From assembly GCF_047555085.1 (NCBI RefSeq), contig NZ_CP180230.1:660001-692000 (forward strand): DNA of 32,000 nucleotides. Direction: 5' to 3'. The stretch's first letter is position 1; each line of letters begins with the position of its first letter. The DNA is from Candidatus Saccharimonadota bacterium (lineage in GTDB: Archaea > Nanohalarchaeota > Nanosalinia > Nanosalinales > Nanosalinaceae). The position numbers and the translations under genes were made by a program. The notes under the pieces were generated by a model. It had not been told where the DNA came from and searched no databases. It saw only the letters and a list, made by a program, of their open reading frames with translations. Below are positions 1-8,749 of the stretch, piece by piece.

Positions 1-458
1 GCAAGGCCTAAAACTTTCTTTTCTACATCGATATAGTCCAGAACAAGAAAGGCCTGTAGAAACATCCCCAGATGCGACAGAATCAGGAAAATATACATAG
101 GAAGAGTATTGATCGCCATAAATTCAGTTCTGAACTGGAGAAGTACAAAGACTGTCCAGAGGCCGTACTTGATATTTCCTATAAACGCTAGAGCATGGAT
201 AAGATTCTCTGCGTCTTCAGATAATCTTTCGAGGCCTCCAGAGAGTAAAATATACAGCGAAGCCGATAAAAGCAGTGTTGCTATCGGTGAATCAGCTATG
301 AGAGGCCAGAGATAGAACTCTGTAGCGGATAACTGTGGAATATAGTAGTAGACTCCGAACAATGTTCCAGCAAGATTTACAGCGATCAGAATCTGCAGCA
401 GAGGCCTTTTGAGCAGCGTCTCAGTTAATTTTTCCGGGATGGCCTCTGAAAGTCTCAT
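1..458 (-). CDS. Integral membrane protein, possibly DUF1405 family (partial; C-terminus runs off the window start)
   Basis: This ORF is missing from the supplied track because it is truncated at the window edge. The minus-strand ATG at 458-456 opens a frame with no stop down to position 1. I checked this by hand: MRLSEAIPEKLTETLLKRPLLQILIAVNLAGTLFGVYYYIPQLSATEFYLWPLIADSPIATLLLSASLYILLSGGLERL...YGLWTVFVLLQF...MYIFLILSHLGMFLQAFLVLDY. It has several hydrophobic helices and lies 13 nt downstream of the thiI stop on the same strand. The family name is recalled from memory only. Confidence 0.6.
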   Translation of the reverse strand, partial: MRLSEAIPEKLTETLLKRPLLQILIAVNLAGTLFGVYYYIPQLSATEFYLWPLIADSPIATLLLSASLYILLSGGLERLSEDAENLIHALAFIGNIKYGLWTVFVLLQFRTEFMAINTLPMYIFLILSHLGMFLQAFLVLDYIDVEKKVLGL

Positions 459-471
459 AAGTAATTTGTCT

Positions 472-1602
472 CTAGATCTCTTCTTTTCTGGTGTTTTCCA
501 GCGCTTTTTCCACAAGCTCATCGACGTCAATCCTGCGCTTCAGCTTCTCGAAATCTCCGTTTGACATCCTTGTAGCCGGGCTTTCCGGCGCCATCGTCCG
601 GCACGCAGAATCTATCGAGGCCTCCTCAAAAGTTCCCAGTTCCCTGGCTTTCTCCGTTATCTCAGCTTTTCCACGAGTGAGCAAAGGCCTGTGAATCGGG
701 AAATCTGTGGCAGAAGACGTGTTTCTCATGTTGGAGGAAGTCTGTGAAGATTTCTGCGAGAGGGCCTCGCCCGTCACGATCCCCTGCAGATTCTCCTGCT
801 CAGCGATCTTTTCCGCTATCCCGAACATTATATACCGGTGAAGAAGCATTCTCCCACGGCCGATATCCATTAACTCCTCGTTTACTTCCTTCATGTCAAC
901 GATATAGGCCTCCCAGTCTTTAGAGGGATGGAAACGCTTCAGTTTCTCAACTGAGGCCTTGAAACGCATCAGATGATCCTCTGCAGCAATAGGTCTGTTG
1001 TAGAAATATACAGGAGTTATATCAGAGCCTCGCTTCATTACTTCGTAAGCTGCAACAGGAGAATCTATGCCTCCGCTTATCAAAGCAGCCAGAGGATCTG
1101 CTGCACCGACAGGCATCCCTGAAGGACCTTCAAAAGTTTCTGTGTACATGAAAGCTTTCTCATCCCTTACATCAAACTTTATCCATGTCTCTGGATCATC
1201 AAGATCCACCTCTGCACCAGAAAAGTCCTGTACAAATGTGCCTACTTCTCTATTGACATCCATACTGCTGAAATCATGACTTCCAGAACGATTAGTATCT
1301 ATTCCGAAGCTTTCGCCGATTTCGACATCCTCGGCAGCATTTTTCAAGGCCTCGATCTCTGACTCAAGTTCTTTCACGGGAGAGGCTGATGCAACTCCCG
1401 GCAGCTCTGCTACAGCTTCTGAAGCTTCAGGCCTTGCGTTTTTTACAATTAAACGGCCCGGGATATCAGTAACAGAGTCGTATTCTTCATCTTCATACTC
1501 CAGTCGATCTTCTATCCTCTGTCTCAGGATCTTCACCATTCTTCCACGGACAGAAGCTGATTTAGTGCCGATATCTCCGTATCTTACAAGTATGTGATCC
1601 AT
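472..1602 (-). CDS. thiI: tRNA 4-thiouridine synthase ThiI (THUMP + PP-loop ATP pyrophosphatase, no rhodanese domain)
   Basis: The 376-aa ORF has the PP-loop motif SGGIDSPVAA. Its N-terminus (ILVRYGDIGTKSASVRGRMVKIL) is typical of the ThiI ferredoxin-like/THUMP region. The length matches archaeal short ThiI. Confidence 0.88.
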   Translation of the reverse strand: MDHILVRYGDIGTKSASVRGRMVKILRQRIEDRLEYEDEEYDSVTDIPGRLIVKNARPEASEAVAELPGVASASPVKELESEIEALKNAAEDVEIGESFGIDTNRSGSHDFSSMDVNREVGTFVQDFSGAEVDLDDPETWIKFDVRDEKAFMYTETFEGPSGMPVGAADPLAALISGGIDSPVAAYEVMKRGSDITPVYFYNRPIAAEDHLMRFKASVEKLKRFHPSKDWEAYIVDMKEVNEELMDIGRGRMLLHRYIMFGIAEKIAEQENLQGIVTGEALSQKSSQTSSNMRNTSSATDFPIHRPLLTRGKAEITEKARELGTFEEASIDSACRTMAPESPATRMSNGDFEKLKRRIDVDELVEKALENTRKEEI

Positions 1603-1650
1603 AGGCCTCTAGAATTGATTGCCAGAGAAAATTCAAAAACCTTGGATAAG

Positions 1651-2832
1651 TCAGGTGTATCCTTCCAGGACTTTCGTGTAATCCTTCAGAATTTTTCTTG
1701 AGGCCTCTCTTACTTCATCAACTTTTTCATCCGGGGCGTATACCCGTAGCGCCACGTTCCTCCACTCCGCATCAGTCAAAGCATCCGGAATCGGCGATAA
1801 CTCGCTAAGAGGCCTTATATCACCTTTTTTCTTGACTTTGACATCTATATCGCTGATGCCTGGTGTCGACGGTGTATGGATGATCACTTCATCAGGCCTG
1901 GTATCTGCCTCCTCCGCTATCTCTTTTTCAAGCTTCCTCGGCTTCTTGATACGCCGTTCAAGAGACTTCAGGGCCTCTTTTGGAACATCATCTATGTCCC
2001 ATACAAGCGCTCTCTTGTACAGATTTCTGTCCTTGATCCTGCTGTAAAGTTTTCTGGATGATCCTTTCGAGTTGAGGAGCTTGCTGTGGGCCTCATAATC
2101 GTCTAACTGCATCATTTCTTCGACAGCTATGTTTTCTTCTTCGATCAGATTCTCCAGGCTTCTCTGAAGCATCTTCTCTGCGATCAGAGATGTATGATGA
2201 TTGTACAGAGTCTTTATCATGTGGAAGCGAGCGGTGAAAAGCGATTCCAGGGCCTGTACAGCTTTCTCGCTGAATACAAGTCTTCTCGAATCGATCTCTG
2301 CAAGCCTGATTATAGTATCGTAATCGATCTCTCCGTGTTCCAGGCCTGAGGCATGTGAGTCACGCATCAGATAGTCCATCCTGTCTGCATCGATATCTCC
2401 TGCGACGATCTGTCCGATCTCCAGATCTCCCTTTATGATCTTCTTCACTCTCTGGGATTCCACAGAGTACTCGTCCTCAAGCTCATCTATTATCCTGCAG
2501 GAGAAGTCCTCATGCGAAAAACCGTGTTTCTCAGCTACAACTTCGCTGGCATGTGAAAAAGGGCCGTGCCCCGAGTCATGCAGAAGGCCTGCGATACGTA
2601 ACTCCTGACTCCTCTGATCATCCAGATCCAGGCTCTCCGCGAATCTGCCGGCGATATGCATTACTCCGAGAGAGTGCTGGAAACGTGTATGAGTCGCACT
2701 TGGATAGACAAGTGAAGAGAGGCCTAACTGTCTTATCCTCCTCAGACGCTGCATCTGCGCTGAATCAAGAACATTGACTTCCTCACTGTTTAACTCTATG
2801 TATCCATGCAGCGCATCCTGAATATGCTTCAT
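1651..2832 (-). CDS. HD-domain metal-dependent phosphohydrolase (dNTP triphosphohydrolase-like)
   Basis: The 393-aa ORF carries the HD signature: RFQHSLGVMHIAG ... LLHDSGHGPFSH ... DADRMDYLMRD. Confidence 0.85.
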   Translation of the reverse strand: MKHIQDALHGYIELNSEEVNVLDSAQMQRLRRIRQLGLSSLVYPSATHTRFQHSLGVMHIAGRFAESLDLDDQRSQELRIAGLLHDSGHGPFSHASEVVAEKHGFSHEDFSCRIIDELEDEYSVESQRVKKIIKGDLEIGQIVAGDIDADRMDYLMRDSHASGLEHGEIDYDTIIRLAEIDSRRLVFSEKAVQALESLFTARFHMIKTLYNHHTSLIAEKMLQRSLENLIEEENIAVEEMMQLDDYEAHSKLLNSKGSSRKLYSRIKDRNLYKRALVWDIDDVPKEALKSLERRIKKPRKLEKEIAEEADTRPDEVIIHTPSTPGISDIDVKVKKKGDIRPLSELSPIPDALTDAEWRNVALRVYAPDEKVDEVREASRKILKDYTKVLEGYT

Positions 2833-2887
2833 ACAACAGAGAATACGTGTAACAGAAATAAAAAATCCTCAGAAAAACCTCAAGGCC

Positions 2888-3619
2888 TCAGGCCTCAAGA
2901 ATTTTCTCCAGATACTCCCTGCCTACAGAAACATCAAGTTCTTCATCCATCTCCTTCAGAACTTTTTCACGTCTCCGGGCCTCCTCAACAGCTGACAGTA
3001 TACTTTCCTCTTCAATCCTTGGAACATAGGATACAAGGCCCAGATACTTTTCATCGCTCCTGTCCATCTTCCCGTCCTGAATCATCTCCTCAACTTTCTC
3101 ATCGAATTTTTCAGAATACGATTTCTCTGAAGTGTTCTCCTCCAGAAAATCAAGAGCCTCCTCCTCGGAGACATCTTCATCCCCCATCATCTCCTCGAAC
3201 CTCTGATAGGCCTCCCTGAATCCTCTGCTTGTCTCGAAGGCCTCTACAGCTTCTTCAGGATAGCCGAGGAACTTACCGATATCCTTATTCGTTGCCTGTT
3301 CCATCGGCCTCAGCATGTCAAGTCGCTCCTCTTCATCGGTGAAAAATACCGAGCTGCCGGTGATATTTTCGTCCGTCTCGGGATGCGTATCCTCGACATC
3401 CCTGGTCACGTAGAAGAGATCGAACTCATCTGAGAAATCCTCTACAAATTTTTCAAATCCGGGAGAAAGCTTTTCGAAATGTGCTGTAGTTGAGGCCGCT
3501 GGCTTCTCCCCTATAACGAGGAGAAGTAGATCAAGGGCCTCGTTCACTATCATATGATCCAGAGCGTCTTCAAGCAAAAACTTTTCCAGGGCCTCCGGAT
3601 CGATTTTCCCGGTGTTCAT
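2888..3619 (-). CDS. Acidic hypothetical protein
   Basis: This 243-aa ORF is long and uninterrupted. Its strongly acidic composition matches neighbouring genes. I recognised no motif. Confidence 0.6.
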   Translation of the reverse strand: MNTGKIDPEALEKFLLEDALDHMIVNEALDLLLLVIGEKPAASTTAHFEKLSPGFEKFVEDFSDEFDLFYVTRDVEDTHPETDENITGSSVFFTDEEERLDMLRPMEQATNKDIGKFLGYPEEAVEAFETSRGFREAYQRFEEMMGDEDVSEEEALDFLEENTSEKSYSEKFDEKVEEMIQDGKMDRSDEKYLGLVSYVPRIEEESILSAVEEARRREKVLKEMDEELDVSVGREYLEKILEA

Positions 3620-3706
3620 AAGAAGTCTTTGAGGCCTGGAGACTTAACTAGGTAAGGAAAAAGAAGAGGGAAGAGAAAAAATTGTGGGAGGTCTGAAGAA
3701 AATTTT

Positions 3707-4246
3707 TCAGGTCCTTCTGTCGACGAATTCTTCGACGTCTTCCGCGAATGATTCGAAGCGGCCTTCATAGCTTTCATCGATCACTTCTCCGTCTTCGTTG
3801 AGCGTGCTTGATACATTGGATACAGGCAGATCAGGGCCTGGCTGTCCTCCGTACTCGAGCGTGACGTCGTGTAGATGGCTGAGTGCTCGTACTCCGCCGA
3901 ATCCTCCTCCGGAGACTGTGACGTATGCGAACGGTTTCTCGTCGTACTCCGGGTACATGTAGTCGAGTGCCGTCTTCAGGATTCCAGGGTACGAATGATT
4001 GTACTCCGGTACTACAAGGACTATGCAGTCGGCCTCCAGAATTTTCTCCCTGAGATCCTGTATATCTTCCGGTACAGGCCCTTCATCAGTGTAAGTTCTG
4101 TTGCCGACAGGAGGAATATTTTTCTCCTTCAAGTCGTAGAAAAAAGTTTCATGTCCCTGATCCTGGAACACGTTATCGATTTTCCTTGCTGCTCTGATAG
4201 ATTTCCGGCCTTCACGGGCCGTTCCAACGATGTTTAGAAATTTCAT
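3707..4246 (-). CDS. NADPH-dependent FMN reductase family flavoprotein
   Basis: The motif VVPEYNHSYPGILKTALD is typical of the FMN_red family. I place the start at the internal ATG (4246-4244, MKFLNIVGTAREG...), because the 45 upstream codons of the track ORF look non-protein-like. Confidence 0.8.
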   Translation of the reverse strand: MKFLNIVGTAREGRKSIRAARKIDNVFQDQGHETFFYDLKEKNIPPVGNRTYTDEGPVPEDIQDLREKILEADCIVLVVPEYNHSYPGILKTALDYMYPEYDEKPFAYVTVSGGGFGGVRALSHLHDVTLEYGGQPGPDLPVSNVSSTLNEDGEVIDESYEGRFESFAEDVEEFVDRRT

Positions 4247-4527
4247 AAAGTAGACAGAGTTCTGAATTCTTTTAACCTCTCCGAAAACAATAAACAACAT
4301 GACACTGGAAAATCTTGCCTCAGGCCCGATCGGAGCATACATCGTCACAGGCCTCTTCTTCCTGGTACTAACGTTTTTCATACTGAATGAACTGGGCCTC
4401 GTCAGAAACAGTGAAGACGAAACTGAAGATCCTGAAGACTACGAAAGCTAGGAAAAAGTTTAAAAACAGAGAATGTAATACTTTGTATTACGATTGTGCG
4501 GTGCTCTTGTCACCAACATATCTTTCT

Positions 4528-5487
4528 CTATTTTTCAGGCTTCTCAGCGTAGAAATCAAGCTGTGCGAAAAGCTCTTGCTTTCCAGCAACGTACTGATAT
4601 CTTGCAGTAGTCAAAAGATCGTTCAACTGACTATAACGCTTTCTACTGTACTCAAAATCATTTTTATCTCCCAATCCTGTCCTTTCGCTGAATCCGGCTG
4701 CAGCACTTGCCAGCTTCAGTCTTGCCGCCACATAAGGCCTTGACAGAATCGATAATCTGTGTAGATAGCTGGATGTAGGCCTTATCCTATCCTGAATATG
4801 CTGTTGGCGTATATTCTCGAATCCTGCATCTTCCAGGTATTTCCTGAAATCGTCTATGTGCGCAAGATAGTCTACTCCCCATCCTCTATGCATTTTTTCG
4901 GCTATTTTTTCGTCTTCAGCGTCAAAACGTTTTATACGGAAGCCGTCCGAGATTATCAATCTTCCACCAGGATTCAGGGCCTCGTATACCTGTTCCAAGA
5001 GTTTTTCCTCGTCTTCAGAGTGACACTGGCTTTCGATCGCAAAGTAGACATCGAAATCTTTTACAGGAAGTTCATCAAAGTTCCCTACAACAAAACGTGT
5101 CCTTTCCTCGACTCCGTGTTCTTCAGCTTTTCTGCGGGCCTCCTCTATACTTTCTTCATCTATATCAAGGCCTATCACGTCCGCTCCCGTGTTTTCAGCT
5201 ATCCATACAGCGTTTCCTCCTCTCCCGCATCCGGAATCAAGCACGGTATCTTGTTCCGTGATATCTGCTTTCTCTGCCAGGTTCTTCACCCTGTTGACAA
5301 CAGATTCTCTGACTTCTTTTCTTGACACCAGGCCTGTCTTTGAAATAATTTTTTCCGTTAGAGAGCGTTCATAATCCGAGTGATCTCCATAATGCATCAT
5401 GCCGTGTTCCCCGGTACCCATTTTCTCATTGTAGTCCTTGGAGTTCAGATCATAATGCTTTTTCATCCGTTCCTTGTCCTCTGTCAT
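4528..5487 (-). CDS. Class I SAM-dependent methyltransferase
   Basis: The 319-aa ORF has SAM-binding motif I (VLDSGCGRGGNA), followed by GLDIDEESIE and a LNPGGRLIISD post-motif. The substrate is unknown. Confidence 0.8.
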   Translation of the reverse strand: MTEDKERMKKHYDLNSKDYNEKMGTGEHGMMHYGDHSDYERSLTEKIISKTGLVSRKEVRESVVNRVKNLAEKADITEQDTVLDSGCGRGGNAVWIAENTGADVIGLDIDEESIEEARRKAEEHGVEERTRFVVGNFDELPVKDFDVYFAIESQCHSEDEEKLLEQVYEALNPGGRLIISDGFRIKRFDAEDEKIAEKMHRGWGVDYLAHIDDFRKYLEDAGFENIRQQHIQDRIRPTSSYLHRLSILSRPYVAARLKLASAAAGFSERTGLGDKNDFEYSRKRYSQLNDLLTTARYQYVAGKQELFAQLDFYAEKPEK

Positions 5488-5503
5488 AAGTAATGAATAC
5501 CTC

Positions 5504-5710
5504 TCAACCTATTTTTATTCTCCCGCCCTCAGGCCTGAAACGGGCTCCGGATTTGAGTACAATTTTTTCCGCCGTCAGATCAAATACTCCCTGCCAGAGG
5601 CCCGAGATACGGGCTGAACGAGCCACAGATATACTGGCCGGCACCGAAGATGTGAAAATCGAATTTTCCTCCGAAGTGAAATCCGAATCCACATCATAGG
5701 CCTCTAGAAA
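5504..5710 (-). pseudogene. Diverged duplicate of the 3' end (last ~65 codons) of the LamG surface-protein gene
   Basis: The frame is open from 5710 and reads FLEAYDVDSDFTSEENSIFTSSVPASISVARSARISGLWQGVFDLTAEKIVLKSGARFRPEGGRIKIG. This aligns with the C-terminus of the 832-aa protein, GEAYDIDSEFESKSTAVFEAFQNSASISVNSSARISGLWRGIFDLNAERITLTAGARFRPVNGTIRIG. Similarity stops at an in-frame TGA (5713-5711). The only in-frame start is GTG at 5692. Confidence 0.7.
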
Positions 5711-5787
5711 TCATAAAGTGAGAAAAATTAGTGATATGCAAATAGAAAAAATTCTGTGGACTGGTCTCCCAGGCCTCTGTTGAAGCT

Positions 5788-5982
5788 TTAAGCTTCTGTG
5801 ACGTTGACTGCCTTTGGTCCTCGATCTCCTTCTTCCTGATCGAACTCGACTTCAGCTCCTTCTTCAACGCTAAATCCTTCGTCCTGGTCTTCCTTGTGGA
5901 AGAATACGTCATCATCCATCTCTTCAGTTTCTATGAATCCGTAATTCTTCTGATCGTGGAAGAACTTTACTGTACCTTTCAT
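5788..5982 (-). CDS. csp: Cold-shock domain protein (CspA family)
   Basis: MKGTVKFFHDQKNYGFIETEE...DVFFH contains RNP1/RNP2-like motifs (KGFGFI-like, VFFH). I place the start at the ATG at 5982-5980 rather than at the track's upstream start. Confidence 0.88.
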   Translation of the reverse strand: MKGTVKFFHDQKNYGFIETEEMDDDVFFHKEDQDEGFSVEEGAEVEFDQEEGDRGPKAVNVTEA

Positions 5983-6047
5983 AAAATAACACCTCCTTGT
6001 ATAGATAGAGATTAAATCCGAAGCGTTATAATGCAAGACATTAATTT

Positions 6048-8546
6048 CTAGCCAATTCGAATAGTTCCGTTCACAGGCCTGAAACGTGCTCCAGCCGTCA
6101 AAGTAATCCTTTCAGCATTCAAATCAAAGATTCCTCGCCAGAGGCCTGAAATTCTGGCGGAGCTATTTACAGATATGCTGGCAGAATTTTGAAAGGCCTC
6201 AAAGACTGCTGTGCTTTTCGACTCAAACTCCGAGTCTATGTCATAGGCCTCTCCGGATACAGAATGTGTTCTGTTAGATATGCATTTTTCTGACGAGATA
6301 TCGTCACATATGGCAGGTCTTAGACTTCCATCAAGCTGTGTGAAGTACGGTCTCTTGCCTTTCTGTGAGTAGTTGTAGAGATCCTGTATATCTTCCGCTT
6401 TCAGCTTCTTTCTGTAGATCCTGACATCATCTACTGATCCGTTGTAGTAAGTCTCAAGTTCGCTTCCGATTCCAAGCGTGAAGTAGCCGGTATCGTAGTT
6501 GTTGTAAAGAGTTCCAACAGAGTTTCTGTCTACCTGTTGTCCATCCACATAAAGTCTTACGTAATCATCGTCCTCTGCAGTTGCCATCACATGGTGCCAT
6601 TCTCCATCATCCAGAGCTTGATCAGATACAGCTATCTGGTCATTGCCATCGTATCCCCTGAAGACAACTCTTCCGTTGGAATCGATGTAGAACTCTTTTT
6701 CATGGCTTCCACCAAATGGAACATCATCGGAGAAACCGCTGATACTCTGACTTCTCTCAGTAGTCTTTATCCACATCCCTATAGTATAGGCCTCCGGGAG
6801 ATTTCCGACTGTTGCATTGAAGTAAGAACCGTTCCCATCGAAACTGTAGGCCTGATTAACTGCTCCATCAACTTCTGTAGTAACGTTCGTCAGACTTCCG
6901 TTTCTACCTCCTACAGGATCCCAGCCTGTATCGCCGTCAAGAGGCCAGTAAGAGATAAGATTCTTGCCTGTTGGAGGACAGCTGGATATCTTTTCAGGAT
7001 TTGTCTGGAATCCACAAGTCTGAATTTTATTCGCGAACTCGAAACTTTCCTCGGAGTCATAGTAAATCCTTGAGGCCTGTCCGTAGAAATTTTCAGTCTT
7101 CCCGTTTCTATCTATATCGCTCTCCTTTACAGGAAGCACCAGAGTATTTCTCAAATTCTGAGAACTATCTGTGAAGTTTTGCAGCTTTCTGACGTTACTG
7201 TAATCTGTGAAATCGTTTCCTGTCGTGAAACTGTAACTCTGTGTTGACGAGATAAGAGATTCGTTAGAGGACACTGCTTCGGCACTCCAGTTATAGACTG
7301 TATTCGGCTGAAAATTTTCTTCCAGTAACGTGGATGCTCTTCCCTCATCTCCTACCGAAACATTCTCCACAAGACTTCCGGAATTTTTGAAGGCGAGATA
7401 CCCTGAACTATTCGATATATCGTTGTACTTTGCTGACAGATTCAAGGCCTCCAAGGATTCATTGTACCACACAGTGGAGGAATCAGGCGGAGAAGGACTC
7501 GTTGAGTAAGCACCTCCCTGTTTCCTGCCAAAATCTGCGGAAGGCCTCTCTCCCCGAGTTGCATCATAGTAGGCCTGTATCTCGGATTCCGTGAGCGGAG
7601 TATCATATATTCTAACGTCCTCTACTGTACCTGTAAGATATCCTCCAGAAGCATCCTGAGAATGTCCAACAATAGCATACAGCTGGCTCCACTCTCCAGA
7701 CGCACCATTAAAATCAGAAACAGTGTTAGCACCATCCTGAGCAGAGTACTCCGTTCCATCAGCGTACAGATAAGTTGAATCTCCCTCTACAGGCCTGAAA
7801 GTCACGTGATGCCATTCTCCATCAGCAAAATTCCCTGATATACAAGGAACAGCATTATTTGATCCATCATCCCATAGACGGGCACAGAGATCTCCACCAG
7901 AAAGGTAGATATGCCTGTCGTGGCCGTCGGGATTCCCGGGATTAGATGTTCCCTGTACACTGAAGATTCCGCCATCAGAATCTGTAGTCTTGAACCACAG
8001 AGATATAGTGAAATCAGTCCTCAGACGCTTCTCCGAAAAATCCAGCGCCCCGTCATAGGCCGGTATGGAAACGTAATCACCGCCGTTAAAATCAAAGGCC
8101 TCCCCAAATTTTCCAGACACTGACGAAACACCGTTTAAAGAACCGTTCTCACCGTTTATCGCATCCCAGGCCTGTGAGTTATCAAAAGGATAGTATGAAA
8201 CAAGGCCTGTATCCAAATTTTCACAATTTTTCTTCATTTCCGGAGAAGTCTGGAATCCACATCGCTGCCCGGAATTATCTACAAATGCGAAATCTGTATC
8301 ATTGTTGAAGTATATTTCACCGGGCTGGCCGTAGAAAGTCTCATTTACCCCGTTTTCATCGATATCGCTTTCCTGCAACGGGATGATCAGCGAGCTTGTC
8401 GTGTTGTTGACGATATCTCTCCTGAAGTCGTATGTATCAAACCATGCAGCACCCGAGGAACTGAATAATGCAAGAAGTACTGCAAGGCCCAGAAAAATCC
8501 CGAGCCTCGAGCTTTTATCTGCAGAAAATTTCCCCGGAGACTTCAT
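6048..8546 (-). CDS. Secreted/surface protein with two LamG (concanavalin-A-like lectin) modules
   Basis: The 832-aa ORF has an N-terminal hydrophobic signal/anchor (RLGIFLGLAVLLALFSSSGAAW). It contains two homologous ~380-aa modules. Each has a (P)L/V(Q/K)ESDID(E/R)NG...F-YGQ-(5)-Y...CGFQT(S/N)PE segment, followed by a LamG_3-like segment (LVSYYPFD.../LISYWPLDG..., ...SLWFKT/GMWIKT, GEWHHV, DVRIYD/DVRIYR). Confidence 0.85.
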   Translation of the reverse strand: MKSPGKFSADKSSRLGIFLGLAVLLALFSSSGAAWFDTYDFRRDIVNNTTSSLIIPLQESDIDENGVNETFYGQPGEIYFNNDTDFAFVDNSGQRCGFQTSPEMKKNCENLDTGLVSYYPFDNSQAWDAINGENGSLNGVSSVSGKFGEAFDFNGGDYVSIPAYDGALDFSEKRLRTDFTISLWFKTTDSDGGIFSVQGTSNPGNPDGHDRHIYLSGGDLCARLWDDGSNNAVPCISGNFADGEWHHVTFRPVEGDSTYLYADGTEYSAQDGANTVSDFNGASGEWSQLYAIVGHSQDASGGYLTGTVEDVRIYDTPLTESEIQAYYDATRGERPSADFGRKQGGAYSTSPSPPDSSTVWYNESLEALNLSAKYNDISNSSGYLAFKNSGSLVENVSVGDEGRASTLLEENFQPNTVYNWSAEAVSSNESLISSTQSYSFTTGNDFTDYSNVRKLQNFTDSSQNLRNTLVLPVKESDIDRNGKTENFYGQASRIYYDSEESFEFANKIQTCGFQTNPEKISSCPPTGKNLISYWPLDGDTGWDPVGGRNGSLTNVTTEVDGAVNQAYSFDGNGSYFNATVGNLPEAYTIGMWIKTTERSQSISGFSDDVPFGGSHEKEFYIDSNGRVVFRGYDGNDQIAVSDQALDDGEWHHVMATAEDDDYVRLYVDGQQVDRNSVGTLYNNYDTGYFTLGIGSELETYYNGSVDDVRIYRKKLKAEDIQDLYNYSQKGKRPYFTQLDGSLRPAICDDISSEKCISNRTHSVSGEAYDIDSEFESKSTAVFEAFQNSASISVNSSARISGLWRGIFDLNAERITLTAGARFRPVNGTIRIG

Positions 8547-8565
8547 GAAAAGTATTTGGAGGCCT

Positions 8566-8575
8566 ATAAATAAAA
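8566..8575 (-). promoter_or_regulatory. Candidate TATA box for the LamG gene (leaderless-type spacing)
   Basis: The minus strand reads TTTATTTATA, then AGGCCT. The ATG at 8546 lies about 24-25 nt from the box centre. Confidence 0.4.
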
Positions 8576-8722
8576 TGTATAGACTGTTCTAGATAACTTC
8601 TCTCAGGACTCTGAGAAAGTTTCCGTGAGTGATTTTCGCTATCTCTTCTTCCTTGTATCCTCAAAAAAGGAGAAATAAACCTCGACATAGATATTTAACA
8701 GGCCTACGGACAGATGACAGAG

Positions 8723-8730
8723 TATAAAAA
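8723..8730 (+). promoter_or_regulatory. Candidate TATA box for the TauE-like gene
   Basis: TATAAAAA starts 27 nt upstream of the ATG at 8750. This spacing fits a leaderless archaeal transcript. Confidence 0.4.
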
Positions 8731-8749
8731 TTCTCCAGGCCTCAAATAG

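Noticed and set aside
109-315. 68-aa plus-strand ORF
   Set aside because: It lies entirely antisense to the longer, hydrophobic-helix-rich minus-strand frame that is open from 458 to the window edge. Its composition does not match the acidic proteome.
2806-3219. 137-aa Pro/Ser-rich plus-strand ORF
   Set aside because: It is an antisense shadow of the 243-aa acidic gene. The low-complexity P/S/H-rich sequence is typical of the reverse frame of D/E-rich coding DNA.
4247-4381. N-terminal 45-codon extension of the FMN reductase ORF
   Set aside because: FMN_red homology begins at the internal MKFLNIVG. The extension looks unlike protein and would displace the flavodoxin-like first strand.
4387-5374. 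Plus-strand ORFs (118, 175 and 61 aa) overlapping the methyltransferase gene
   Set aside because: They are antisense to a gene with clear SAM-MTase motifs. Their composition is F/S/V-rich and no motifs are present.
5694-6036. 73-aa ORF and the 82-aa extended version of csp
   Set aside because: The 73-aa ORF is an alternative frame overlapping csp. The Csp domain starts at MKGTVKFF (ATG 5982), so the 18 upstream codons are unlikely to be translated.
6537-8592. Several 65-178-aa ORFs on either strand inside the LamG gene
   Set aside because: They are antisense or off-frame shadows within a well-supported 832-aa CDS.
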